Shown: positions 41,606-54,616, numbered from the whole stretch's first letter. The stretch: DNA of 63,984 nt, filler included, from Octopus bimaculoides (GCF_001194135.2; 6 parts of 6 records of this genome joined end to end with filler, not necessarily neighbours in it), one strand, 5' to 3'. Made by a program: numbers and translations. The notes: a model not told the origin generated them from the letters alone.

Positions 41606-41637
<32 letters not shown>

Positions 41638-41703
41638 GTGTGTATAAATATTTAATTGGAATGACGGTGTTGTTGCTATGTGTGTTTTTATATATGAAGG
41701 TGA

Positions 41704-42088
41704 GAAGGCGGCGAGAGCTGGCAGGGTCGTTAACAGGCCGGGCATTTTCCCCGACTTTACGTTCTGAGTTCAAATCCCACCGAGGTCGAGTTTGCCTTTC
41801 ACCATTTCATGGCCGATGAAATTAGTACTAGTCAAGCACTGGGGTCGATGTAATCGACTAGCGCCCCACCCCTCAAAGTTCCAGGCCCTGTGTTTATAAT
41901 AGAAAGCACTAAGGCAGCGAGCTGGCAGAAACGTTAGCACGCCGAGCGAAATGCTTAGCGGCATTTCGTCTGTTTTTACGTTCCGAGTTCAAATTCCTCC
42001 GAGGTCGACTTTGACTGTCATCCCTTTCGGGGTCGTTAAAATAAGTACCAGTTGAACACTGGAGGTCGATGTAGTCGACTTAAGCCCC
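41704..42088 (+). mobile_element. Two tandem copies of short SINE family B
   Basis: GGC(A/G)GCGAGCTGGCAG..GAGTTCAAAT (B box)..GTCGATGTA(A/G)TCGAC at 41704 and 41911. Other copies at ~4697-4845, 4948-5040, 7150-7287 and 36412-36567 (all -) and 11899-11970 (+). Confidence 0.9.
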
Positions 42089-42316
42089 NNNNNNNNNNNN
42101 NNNNNNNNNNNNNNNNNNNNNNNNNNNNNNNNTTAATTAATTAANNNNNNNNNNNNNNNNNNNNNNNNNNNNNNNNNNNNNNNNNNNNTGTCGCGCACAT
42201 ATGGTTGTGATGCATGTGCCTGGTGTACCCTTATCAGACGAGTAGTCATGACGAGTATAATGGGCTTCGTATATTTTACCCCAGTGTCACTTTGATGGCA
42301 TGCACTGCTCTCTCAC

Positions 42317-42387
<71 letters not shown>

Positions 42388-42388
<1 letters not shown>

Positions 42389-43376
42389 GCAAATGGAAAG
42401 GACCACTACTATTCGTACTGTTCATGACACCGCTCACTTTGATACTGCAAAATTTAAAATTGAAATGCCAAATGGGCAAACAATGAGAGCGGTTGAGAAA
42501 GAACAGCAGTTGGGAATATTAGAAGCAGACGAAATACGTCGGGGAGAGAGTGGGTATCATTGACGGACCGAACGAGCGGTGCATGGACAATTTCATAGGG
42601 ATATTGAAGATAAGGCAGATGGAATAGAATGGCTATGGATGACTAAAAGTGATTTAAAACCGGAAATGGAGGCTCTAATCTGTGCAGCTCAAAAGCAAGC
42701 ACTAAGAACCAATTACATCAATACAGAACTGGCAACACATCAGACAGTGATAAGTGCAGAATTTGTGGACAAAATGGTGAAACCGTATGGTATATTACCA
42801 GTCAATGTACGCCACTAGCCCTGAAAGAATATAAGAGACGTCATGACAACATAGCAATGATTGTCCATTGGACACTTTGCAACAAGTATGGACTTGACAG
42901 AGCAAAAAAGTGGTACGAACGTAAACCTGAAGGCATCATCGAAAATGATAATGCAAAGATCCTATGAGATTTTATGATTCAGTGTGACCATGAGTTAGAG
43001 AATAGGAAACCAGACATAGTGTTAATTTAGAAAGAAAGCAAACGATGCTGAATCATAGATATAGCATGGTATGCGGTAAGGAAAAAAGAAAATTCGAAAG
43101 ATATGACAGGTTAGCTTGGGAAGTTGTGGTCGCTGAAAAAGGTGGTAGTAGTACCAATAATTGTCGAAGCCCTGGGAAAAGTGAATAAAAATCTTGAGAA
43201 GTACACGGAACAAATAGGGGCTGCAATAAGGGTGGAGCGCTTGCAGAAAACAGCACTGCTCGGGAACCGCTCGAAAACTTCGGATGGTGCTCGAAAAATA
43301 AGGGGCGTTACCTCAGTTCACTGGCTCCGTAGTACATCTCCAGCGTTAGAAGCTGTAAAAAAACAATAAATATAAT
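42388..43376 (+). mobile_element. R4/Dong-like RLE LINE, 3' portion (CCHC knuckle and restriction-like endonuclease), flanked by (TAA)n
   Basis: VHGQFHRDIE...LKPEMEALICAAQKQALRTNY; DKCRICGQNGETV..ITSQC; EYKRRHDNIA; RKPDIV..IIDIA; VVVVPIIVEALG..LQKTALLG. (TAA)n lies at 42318-42386 and ~43377-43443. Confidence 0.85.
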
Positions 43377-43445
<69 letters not shown>

Positions 43446-44589
43446 CTAGCCACACCCGTAAAAAATTCACGGAAAACATAAGAAATATAAGCATCTCTAA
43501 ATTGTGTGCTGGTGCCATGAGAAGTGTTTCTATAATGTGACAATTACAGAATATAGAGAGATGTGTAAAACCGATAACTATATAATCCAATCAAAATATC
43601 TGTTACGCAAACGTAAACAGAATTACTATTTAACCTTAAAATACATCGATCACATTTAAAGAACTTTCTCGGTTTAGTGGTACGGAACGTTCTTCTGGTA
43701 TTCTTTTATTCTTTTACTTGTTTCAGTCATTTGATGGTAGTCATGCTGGAACATCGCCCTTTAGTCGAAGAAATCGACCCCTTGGACTTATTCCCTGTAA
43801 GCCTGGTGCTTCTTCTATCTGTTTCTGCTGCAGAACAGCTTAGTTACAGGGACGCAAACACACCAGCATCGGTTGTCAAACAATGGTGGTATGGGAATAA
43901 ACACAGGCACAAACACACACACATAAAAATATAATATAAAATTTCAGATATGTAGCATTCCCTTGGTGAGATATCGGATGTAAATATGTTAAGAGGCTCA
44001 GGTAAAGAGATGTAGTATTCAACATCAATAAATAGATAAGTAAGAATTATAGGGAGTAAATATATGCTAATAAAAACAATAATAAGAGCTTAAATATGTG
44101 TCAATTCCAGAAGTTAAATTAAAACTTAATAAAATTATTTAAGTAGTTAAATGTAAAGCCCTCAAACCCGGAAGTAGGTATTGATATAGAGGTGAAGAGC
44201 TAGAAAATAGCTGGGAATAATCTAAATTAGGGAATACCAAAGCGAAACCAAGTAGAAATAAATATGTTTTAATTTACAGTGAGTTAGAAAATAGCTACAT
44301 GTTTGGTTCATATAGTACAATTAATTTAATTAAGAGGTGAATAGCTAATGAAAAACTAGGAACAATCTAAATTAGGGACACTCAAAATGAGACCCGGTGA
44401 ATTAATAAATGATAATATATTAATTATCTATTTTCTTATCTTATAATAAATAAATATATATAAACCACCGTTTATATAGTTACTTGCAGTTAAGAACTGT
44501 AATGTTCAACATTCATTGTATAGGCAACTAAACAGTACTTTCATAGGATTTTGCTATCCTTGAATGAGATTTGTAACCTTTATTTGTAC

Positions 44590-44633
<44 letters not shown>

Positions 44634-45680
44634 TAAACAGAGTTAGCGGTTATAATAACCGACTAAGGGATAAAATATTCGTATATACTATCGATATACA
44701 TTACCCGTGTTATCTCCGGGCATTGGTGTGCAGGCACACTATGCATGTAGAGTGCAAGTAACAACAGGATAAATAAGAGTGTAACATGAAACAAATACAA
44801 ATAATCAGAAAATGGAGAAAACCTCACATTAACAAACACATCGATTGGACCACATTTATAGCTTATTATTTTAATACAAAGCATGACATATCAAATAGGT
44901 TACGTAACATATCTTACGGCCGTTTCTGATCCGTTGCCAAAATGATCTCTATAAATAAACGCGAGAATAAAGTTCTTCATCGTCATAGCACATTCCAATT
45001 AAGGCATGGAGATTCATCAGAGTAAAAAACAAGAGCATACAATATAAACAAAAGGAAAAAGGAAAAGGAAAGAAAACATTGCCTAGAAAAAACGTCTAGA
45101 AACCCAATATGTTAAAAAGCATATAAAGCATATAATCTACCATCTAGGGATTATATATATGACAGGCTTCTTTCAGTTTCCATATACCAAATTCACTCGC
45201 AAGGCTTTGGTTGGCCCGAGGCTATAGTAGAATACACTCTTTAAAGTTCAGAGTTAAACTTCGTGTAGCCGCCTGTTGGCAACTTTTCTTCTCCACCTAT
45301 TTTGTAGGGGGTATTACCTATTTTCTGGGTTCTTTTCACAGCTATACCCTGTTCGAAATTTGCATTAGTTTTTGTATGAAGAAAANNNNNNNNNNNNNNN
45401 NNNNNNNNNNNNNNNNNNNNNNNNNNNNNNNNNNNNNNNNNNNNNNNNNNNNNNNNNNNNNNNNNNNNNNNNNNNNNNNNNNNNNNNNNNNNNNNNNNNN
45501 NNNNNNNNNNNNNNNNNNNNNNNNNNNNNNNNNNNNNNNNNNNNNNNNNNNNNNNNNNNNNNNNNNNNNNNNNNNNNNNNNNNNNNNNNNNNNNNNNNNN
45601 NNNNNNNNNNNNNNNNNNNNNNNNNNNNNNNNNNNNNNNNNNNNNNNNNNNNNNNNNNNNNNNNNNNNNNNNNNNNNNNN

Positions 45681-46540
45681 CTTCAGGTCGAGTGTAGCCC
45701 ATCCCGCTCAAAAGGTCCCTGAATAAGGTTTGTTTAAGGATGTTGAGCAAAACACCCATGTTTCCAAAGGTGAATTATCCAAACCCAAAAGAATTCCTCT
45801 CAACAGATGGCTATGATTCTCCCCCACTTCTGCTTGTGATGAGAGATGCACATATCGTCAGCCACCAAGGGACAGGCTCAATTAGTTAAAATCAAACAAC
45901 TGACAAACAAATCTGTGGTATTGAGCAGAATATTTACTGTAGCCAAACTTTTATACCAAGACAAAACAATGTACATGATAACACTTCCAATCAGTTAAGA
46001 TCAGAATCCATGAGAGCCACAGCCTGGTACGACATCGGGGCATTTATTATTATTATTATTATTGAGAGAGCAGTGCATGCCATCAAAGTGATACTGGGGT
46101 AAAATATACGAAGCCCTGTATACCCATCATGACTACCCATCTGATAAGGGTACACTAGGCACATGCATCACAACCATATGTGCACGACATAGTGATTTCA
46201 TATTAAGACAAACAGTGCATAACCTTGCAGGTGTGACCCACTTAGAATTTTCTTCCGGTCGAGTAGCCCATTCCACTCAAAAGGTTCTTGAATTAGGGTT
46301 ATTTAAGGATGCTGAACGAAACATTCATGTTTCCAAAGGTGAATTATCCAAACTCCAAAGAATTCCTCTCAGCACATGACTATGATTCTCCCTCACTACT
46401 TCTGCTCATGATCAGAGATGCACATATCGTCAACCACTAAGGGACATGCTCAACTGGTTAAAGTCAAACAATTGACAAGCAAATCTGTGGTATTGAGCAG
46501 AATATTTACTGTAGCTCATCTTTTATACCAAGACAAAACC
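45681..46540 (-). mobile_element. Two head-to-tail copies of a non-coding (TAA)n-tailed element (family E)
   Basis: 46045-46540 and 45681-46044 are homologous and joined by (ATT)n. 3' parts also occur at 42189-42386 and 47960-48120 (+), each ending in (AAT)n. Confidence 0.85.
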
Positions 46541-46656
46541 TCTCAATAATATTAATATGCCAATTTGTTCTTTTTGTACGTACCTGGCGTATGTGTCACA
46601 CTTACTTCAAAGAAGTGAGTAGCAAAGCGAGAGAGAGGAGGACAGAGAGGAAGTAA

Positions 46657-46689
<33 letters not shown>

Positions 46690-48087
46690 TGAAAGATAAA
46701 TGAAAAAGACAATGAGTAGTGGCGGTGTTCATTTTGTGTTTTTAAATGTTTATCACATCGCAAGAAATGTAAACACATAGATACGTACACACAGTTAAAT
46801 TAAAAGCGGGAGAGAGGAGGGACACACAGGAAGTGAAAGAGAAAGAAAGTGAGAGAGACAGTAGATACATAGACATATCGTTAAATAACTACAGCAAATA
46901 TTGGATGTCACTTTCACTTTTCATTACCACACGAGGATAAAATTAACTTGCAAGTGGCAGAGTACTCCACAGACATCCATATCATTAACGTAGTTCTCAA
47001 GGGGATTCAACGTCACACAGAATATGACAAGGCTGGCCCCTTTCAGTCACAGCTACAACTCATTTTGGCCAGCTGAGTGGACTGGACCAAGATAACCCTT
47101 CAAGTGGTTGGAAAACGAAAAAAGATCCTATATAGGGGAAGGAAAATCTTTTTAGTCATTAGGATCATTATGGGTGTTAATCTGGTCTAACAACGGCGTT
47201 TGTGGGTCTCACAGATCTGGAGGCCAAGCCCCCAGCTAAACACCGATGCGCAAGCTGTCGTTATCAAACTGAACGTCAGTCGAGGCCGAATACACGACAG
47301 AATAGCAATTATTTCATCTTAGCTTTCACTGCTTATACTAAACACATGACATTTTTACCTTAGGATATGGAACATTTCCTTTCCTTTCACTTTTTTTTTA
47401 AAATGGCACTCCGTTGATTCCTGTTTATCTGATCAACGAACAGTCTGATCGTAAAATTAATGTGCAAGCGGCTGAGTACGCCACAGACATGCATACCATA
47501 AGGTAGTTATCAGGGAGATTCAGCCTCACATAGAATGTGACAAGGTTGGCCCCTTTGAATTACAGGTAGAACTATTTTTTGACAGCTGAGTGGACTACAG
47601 CAAGGTGAGGTAGAGTACCTTACTCAAAAACACGATGCGCCGCAGGGAATCGAACTCATGGCTTTACAATCTTGGGCCGAATACCCCTAACCAATGAGCC
47701 ACGTACCTTCACTCTCCTAACCGTAGAGAAAAGGGGTGAAGCGACAGAGACAGAGAAAACAAGCCTCAGTCATTTACAATGACAATTAGACTGAAATACG
47801 ATCGATCTTTTCTAGCTTCTTTACATTTAATACTGAAAAAGAGGGGGAAATATTTAGTAATGAATAGAGGGAAAGTTTTTCAAGTGTTTATCTTTTCATT
47901 CTGGGAGTTCTAAAACGATAGACTGTTAATTCTTTCTTCTTTCCCCCACCTTCTTTCCCATCACCATGTCGCGCACATATGGTTGTAAGGCATGTGCCTG
48001 TTGTACCCTAATCAGACGGGTAGTCATGATGGGTGTCCTGGGCTTCGAATATTTGACCCCAGTGTCACTTTGATAATATTGTCACTC

Positions 48088-48120
<33 letters not shown>

Positions 48121-48245
48121 NNNNNNNNNNNNNNNNNNNNNNNNNNNNNNNNNNNNNNNNNNNNNNNNNNNNNNNNNNNNNNNNNNNNNNNNNNNNNNNN
48201 NNNNNNNNNNNNNNNNNNNNAAGTATGTGCATACCTACATCTACC

Positions 48246-48412
48246 TGTATATATAGGTGCATATCTGGGATACAGGATATTGCAAACAAGACGTAGACAA
48301 AAAAATAATAATAACCAGAGTACAGAAAACACACAGGCCACATAGAGAACATTTTCCTTCATCAGCTGCCCCCATTCTAACACAGGCATTTCGAAGAGTT
48401 AGGGCAGGAGAC
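48246..48412 (-). CDS. Candidate first coding exon encoding a signal-anchor-like hydrophobic segment
   Basis: MSPALTLRNACVRMGAADEGKCSLCGLCVFCTLVIIIFLSTSCLQYPVSQICTYIY ends at CAG|GTAGAT, with a CT-rich upstream region. A second frame is also hydrophobic, so the frame is ambiguous. Confidence 0.25.
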
Positions 48413-49805
48413 ATCGTTAAAATGGCTCTTCCCACGGACCACAAATTAAATTTGTATACACAAATTAAATTTGTACCATGGAGGAATGTAGTGGCGGACA
48501 GAAAACAAATGGAAAAGAAAACAAGACAGGAAAACAAACAGAAAATGCTATACGGCCAGACGTGAAAAATTATGTGTATATTGAACGCTGTGAAGCAACG
48601 AACTGGAAGCGGGACGAAGTAAGTTCATATGTTTGCTCAGTGATAGCCAAGGAAGAAAAGAATTAGTAACTGGACACATGTGACCAGCGAGGGGTAAGGA
48701 AGAGAGAGAAGGGTACAGGGAGAAACAAGGGGAGGAAGTAGAAAGTAGGTGAGCAACAAGAGAAAGAGAGGAAGGGAGAATATAGTAGTAACAGAAGGAA
48801 GAACGAGAGGGGGAAAAAGATATAGAGATAGAGATAGATAGAGTCTCATCAGAAAATATAAAGTTCAAAAACTTACATGTATATGTATATAAATATATAT
48901 AAATATATATATTAATCGAAAGGACAACAAAAGAAAGAAAGAGACCTTGATATTATGTAAATAGAGGAATTTATCTGTAAAAATATGTGACATTTATTCG
49001 GTAGCCATGATAAAGCTCATCATGTTATTCGGTAGTCATGATAAAGCTCCGAAACTCAGAGTTTTATCATGGCTACCGAATAAGTGTCACATATTTTTAC
49101 ATATATATATATATGATGATGATGATGATATATATATATATAAATAAATATATATAAATATATATATAAATATTACTCTTTACTCTTTTACTCGTTTCAG
49201 CCATTTGACTCCGGCCATGCTGGAGCACCACCTTTAGTCGAGCAAATTGACCCCAGGACTTATTCTTCGTAACACTAGCACTTATTCTATCGGNNNNNNN
49301 NNNNNNNNNNNNNNNNNNNNNNNNNNNNNNNNNNNNNNNNNNNNNNNNNNNNNNNNNNNNNNNNNNNNNNNNNNNNNNNNNNNNNNNNNNNNNNNNNNNN
49401 NNNNNNNNNNNNNNNNNNNNNNNNNNNNNNNNNNNNNNNNNNNNNNNNNNNNNNNNNNNNNNNNNNNNNNNNNNNNNNNNNNNNNNNNNNNNNNNNNNNN
49501 NNNNNNNNNNNNNNNNNNNNNNNNNNNNNNNNNNNNNNNNNNNNNNNNNNNNNNNNNNNNNNNNNNNNNNNNNNNNNNNNNNNNNNNNNNNNNNNNNNNN
49601 NNNNNNNNNNNNNNNNNNNNNNNNNNNNNNNNNNNNNNNNNNNNNNNNNNNNNNNNNNNNNNNNNNNNNNNNNNNNNNNNNNNNNNNNNNNNNNNNNNNN
49701 NNNNNNNNNNNNNNNNNNNNNNNNNNNNNNNNNNNNNNNNNNNNNNNNNNNNNNNNNNNNNNNNNNNNNNNNNNNNNNNNNNNNNNNNNNNNNNNNNNNN
49801 NNNNN

Positions 49806-51337
49806 CTTGGTGAAGAATGGAGTTTGATGTAGCTACCCTCATTTGCACCTCTTGCCGTGAGGTAGGTTCATCTGGGACTCTCGACAGGAAGAGTTCCAGC
49901 TTAGATTTAAAAGCCCCTACATCTACTTTGTGCAGGTTCCTCAGGCTCTTTGGGGGAGTATTAAAAAGCTGAAACCCAAACTGTTGCAGTAACTGGTCCT
50001 GAAGCGCAATGGCATTGCTGGGGTCTTTGGCACTATGCAGTGTCGTCCCGTTCTGGCGTTGGTGTAGCTTTCAATGCCAAAATTTGGCACAATTCCTTCT
50101 AGGATCTTCCAGATGTATATTACTGCATAACTCTCCTGCCTTCTCTCCAAGGAGTAGAGTCTTAGCTGTTTCAGCCTTTCCCAGTAGCTGAGCAGTTGCA
50201 AAGAGACAATCTTCTTTGTGAATCTTCTCTGGATTGCTTCAAGATCCGCTGTTAATTTCACACTGGTGGGTGACCATAGCTGTGAGCAGTAATCCAGGTG
50301 GCTGAGGACGAATGTTTTCCAGAGGACCATCATGGTTTCCTTATCTCTGGTTCTGAATGTTCTCAAGATCCATCCAGCCAGTCGTCTGCACTTTGTCGCC
50401 ATACTGGTAATGTGCACTTGGAAAGAGGTATCATCACTCATGTCGATACCCAGGTCTCTCACTAATTTAGGCTCTGGGATTGAAATTCCCTGTGGACTAG
50501 TGTACTCTGTAAGTTTCATATTCGGTTTTGGATGTTGGTAGCGCAGGGTTGGAATTTTTCAGCATTAAACTGCATATTATTATCTGTAAATTGAGTCCAA
50601 CTCTTGCTGCAGATGTGCAACATCACTGGAGTTCTGTATTTTCTGCGAGACTTTCGTATCATCTGCGTAGCTTGCAAGGGTGGCTATCCAGGCACTTGAG
50701 GGCATATCTGAGAGGGCGACTATAAAAAGCAATGGTCCTAAGATAGTGCCCTGTGGAACACCGCTCACTGTTTGTGTTTTCATAGAGGTGGCTCCATTAG
50801 CCATTACTGCCTGACTTCTGTCTTTCAGAAAGTCATGTAACCACTCTCCAAGTTTTCCAGCTATGCCGAGATAACGCAGTTTGTGGAATATCATACCATG
50901 ATCCACTTTGTCAAAAGCTTTTGCAAAATCAAGGTATATTACGTCCACATTTGAGTTGTTGAGTAACTGCCTCAACGTCCAGCCATAATGTTGTAAGATC
51001 TGGGTCAGGCAGCTCTTACCTGGTCGAAAGCCATGTTGGGTATCACTCAGTAAGTTATTTTCTTCAAGGAATGTGATTAGTTTTCCTCTGACTATCCTTT
51101 CCATGACTTTGCTGATGTGTGAAGCCAGAGAGATAGGCCTATAGTTTTTGGCATCTGCTCTGCTTCCCCCTTTGTGTATTGGGCATATTATTCCATCCTT
51201 CAGCTTGCTTGGCAGTCTGCCATTTGCAAGAAAGCTCTGGAAGAGGATCTGGAGGGGTTTTGCCAGGGCATGCTTACACAATTTAAGGAGGATTGCTGGG
51301 AAACCATCAGGACCAGCAGTTGAGTTTGTGTCCACTT
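49806..51337 (-). mobile_element. 5'-truncated CR1/L2-group LINE (RT and C-terminal region), frameshifted
   Basis: ORF 50580-51335 has KNYRPISL, QHGFR, YLDFAKAFDKV, GVPQGTILGPLLF and YADD. ORF 49941-50519 has VRDLGI, LSHLDYCSQLWSP and SYWERLKQLRLYSLERR. Two compensating frameshifts lie around DNNMQFNAEKFQ (50520-50580). The tail FKSKLELFLSRVPDEP...SNSILHQ reaches the gap. Confidence 0.95.
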
Positions 51338-52704
51338 CATATATATATGATGGGCTTCTTTCAGTTTCAGTCTACCAAATCCACTCACAAGGCTTTGGTT
51401 GGCCTGAGGCTATAGTAGAAGACACTTGCCCAAGGTGCCACATAGTGGGATTGAACCCGGAACCATGTGGTTGGTAAGCAAGCTACTTACCACACAGCCA
51501 CTCCTATGCCTATACATACCACACAGCCACTCCTGCGCCTATTGGTCATTATAATGTAGTGGGAAGCAAGAAGATAAGTTGAATGATTAATAAATATATA
51601 AAATTGAAAATACAACTTATCAGTTTGCTGCGAACAATTCTTTCATTCACCATTAATAATTCCTATGTTTGCTGCTTACAAATTCTTGAGGTGAAGAATA
51701 CTGATTCAGGATGCTGGGTAGCCAACTTATAAATGGAAAAGTAAAATCTGCAAAACTCCTAAAACTGTGTTCTGATATAAACCTGGGAACATCATTTTTC
51801 ACTTCCAATCTTATATTTAATATCTATTAGTAAACCCACAAATATAACTCCAATACATGAAAAAAAAATGTAAGTAGAAATATAAAGAGGGAGACCCTTC
51901 CCTGTACTTCTGCACAAGATATATAATCCAAAGCAAGCATGAAAAAACACAGTCCTATTTTAAAACAGTCAAACAAAGTAAATCAGTCAACCTGTCATGA
52001 TAAAAACTCAACCCTACAGAATAAAGCATTGTTAGGATGAATTTCCATGCTTTCATTCTTTGTAACATATTTACATTATTGTGTAGGGAGTTCAGTTGCT
52101 GACATGAGTTACCCCCCCCCCCAAGCACCACTCTGTATCCAAGTGGGAGAGGGGGAGCTGGAAAAGTTCATAACTTAATAAATTTCCTTTGGATAACTTT
52201 CATTTGAAGTTTCATGAAAGTGAAAGAAAAATTCAACAATAGCCTATATTAAGTACTAAAATTTGGCTGTAAGCTACTCTATTGAAAGTAGAAAAGGAGG
52301 AAAAAGAAGAAAGAAGGGTAACTATAGTGGAAATGTCATGATCAGAGAAAAATGCTAAATAAAATTCTAAACCTACTATTTCCCCTGCTAAATGCTAGAT
52401 ACAAAAATTTTCTTCTAAATGCTGAAAAAAAAAATGCTAGATCTATCATAAAATATGCTAAATTGGCAACCCTGGATTTACACCACAAAAGAAGTTACCT
52501 TAAAAATGCTATAAAGAAAAAAAACTATAGCAAGAGTATGCAGGCATGGTTGTTTGGTAAGAAGTTAGCTTCTCAACCACATGGTTCCAGGTTCAGTCTC
52601 ACTGTGTGGCACCTTAGGCAAGTGTCTTCTATTATAGCCTCAAGCTGACTAAAGCCTTGTGAGTAGATCTGGTTGAAAAAAGCCCATATATATCAAATGC
52701 CCAG

Positions 52705-53250
52705 GAGGCTCTTTTGAGGTAGTAGATAGTTATGGCAAGAATAGAATGAAGGAAGTTCAGAGAGCTACTACTTCTGTTGGCAATAAAAGGACTCTCTCAG
52801 AGTGAAAGGTAGATTGTATGATGCTTGTGTGAGAACAGCTATATTACATGGTAGTGAAACATGGGCTCTGACTGCGGATGGCATGCATAGGCTGGAGAGG
52901 AATGAAGGTAGTATGCTTTGTTGGATTTGCAACATCAGTGTGCATGGCTGACAAAGCACAACTGTGTTGAGAAAAGATTTAAGCATAATAGGGATTAAAT
53001 GTGGCATGCAGGAGAGGAGAATGCATTGGTTTGGACATGTGATGTGTATGAGTAAAGACAGCTGTATACAGAAGTGCCTGTCACTGAAAGTGGATGGTAC
53101 CTGTGGAAGAGGGAGACCCAGGTAGACATGGGATGAAGTGGTGAGGACTGATCTTAGGATGTTATGACTCACAGAAGACATGACAATGGACCGAGATGTT
53201 TGGTGGTATGAGGTTTTCACACACCCTGCCTCAAGAAACCGAACTATATC
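52705..53250 (+). mobile_element. RTE-clade LINE, 3' end of ORF2 (degenerate)
   Basis: + strand translation: LRVKGRLYDACVRTAILHGSETWAL...RRMHWFGHVMCM...GRGRPR*TWDEVVRTDL, typical of the RTE C-terminus; contains stops. Confidence 0.9.
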
Positions 53251-53732
53251 TCTTCTAAACTGCATCTTTCTCTTCACATTTCCTCTTCATAAAATATCAT
53301 TGTCTTCCAATCCCCTTTCCTGCCCTCACTGCCCTACTTACTGTATCACTGCTTTCCTCCCACCCCATTTTCTACCCAGGTTTTCACTGCAACCCTCACT
53401 CCCTACTTGTGCTTCCTTGGCAATACCTGACTGTGTATATTATGACCTTCGTGCCTCTCTCTTCATGCTCTTATCCCTGTTACTTGTGAGTATACCTTGG
53501 CACTTCACCACCATCTCTCTCCTGCTCTCTCTTACACTTTTTCTGTTTCCTACTCTCCCTTTCTCTTTCCCTTGCTCTTCCCTTTGGATGGTAGTCATGT
53601 ATCTCCTCTGCAACAGCACACCTATTTCTGCCCTCATTCTTGATCACTCTCTCTCTTCATATTTTTTCTCTGGCAGGGTAACCAAGTATCTCCTTTACAT
53701 CAGCACACCTGTTTCTGTCTTCTCTCCCTCCC

Positions 53733-53763
<31 letters not shown>

Positions 53764-53791
53764 CTCTCTATCTCTCTCTCTNNNNNNNNNN

Positions 53792-53830
<39 letters not shown>

Positions 53831-54289
53831 CCTCCTTCTCTGTCTTCCTCTCCCTCTTTTTCTCTTCTTTCTGTCTGTCTTTCTCTCTCTCAGAAGGTTA
53901 TTAAAGATTGTAATTTGATAATTGATACAACAAACTTAGTAATAGAGCCCATGATTCTCAGATAACAAAAGGAATTAAAGCAATTCATCCCAAGATATGT
54001 AATCTCATTGTTATGCTAGCATCATTAAATGGTTGCACATATACATTTGAAATATTTGCAAATGATGAAGGTTATTCAGAGTGACTGAAATATACTTTCA
54101 AGGCATGCAACTACAACTTTACATGACAGTATATATTTAAGTTAATGAGTGAAGTGAAAAAAATTCATTATCCATATTATTTTGTGTTTTACATTCTATA
54201 CATATTAATTGCACCTAAAACATCAATACAGTATAGTAGTAAATACAAAGTAAAGAGTTGAAGTCAACATTTCATAAAGGTAAATGTAG

Positions 54290-54616
54290 TTTGTTGTTGT
54301 TGTTGTTGTTGTTATTGTTGTTGTTATTATTATTATTTTATGTTTGACTTTTGTTTTGCATTTGTACAAGTTGGATCCAAGTCTCACCCAGAGACCTCAA
54401 GAGACAACAAGTTAGAAGTTCATGTAGGTGTTATGCCTAGGGTACCATATATTTGGATTTGTACAGTTTTGTTCAAGTGAATGTTTAAGAAACCATAAGA
54501 AAATTATGTTTGCTTTAAAATTTGAGATCACATAGACAGTATTTTACGTAGGATATGGGCAGTTCCCATGAGCACTATCTTTTGGACTTCAGCCATTTTG
54601 GGGTTTCCTGGTATCT
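54290..54616 (-). mobile_element. Second copy of the young R4/Dong-like 3' end
   Basis: Reverse complement matches 28270-28576 with only a handful of differences; (TAA)/(CAA)n tail at ~54290-54338. Confidence 0.8.

Noticed and set aside
53180-53965. 261-aa hydrophobic ORF resembling a membrane protein
   Set aside because: Starts in the RTE tail and runs through CT-rich low-complexity sequence and a gap.
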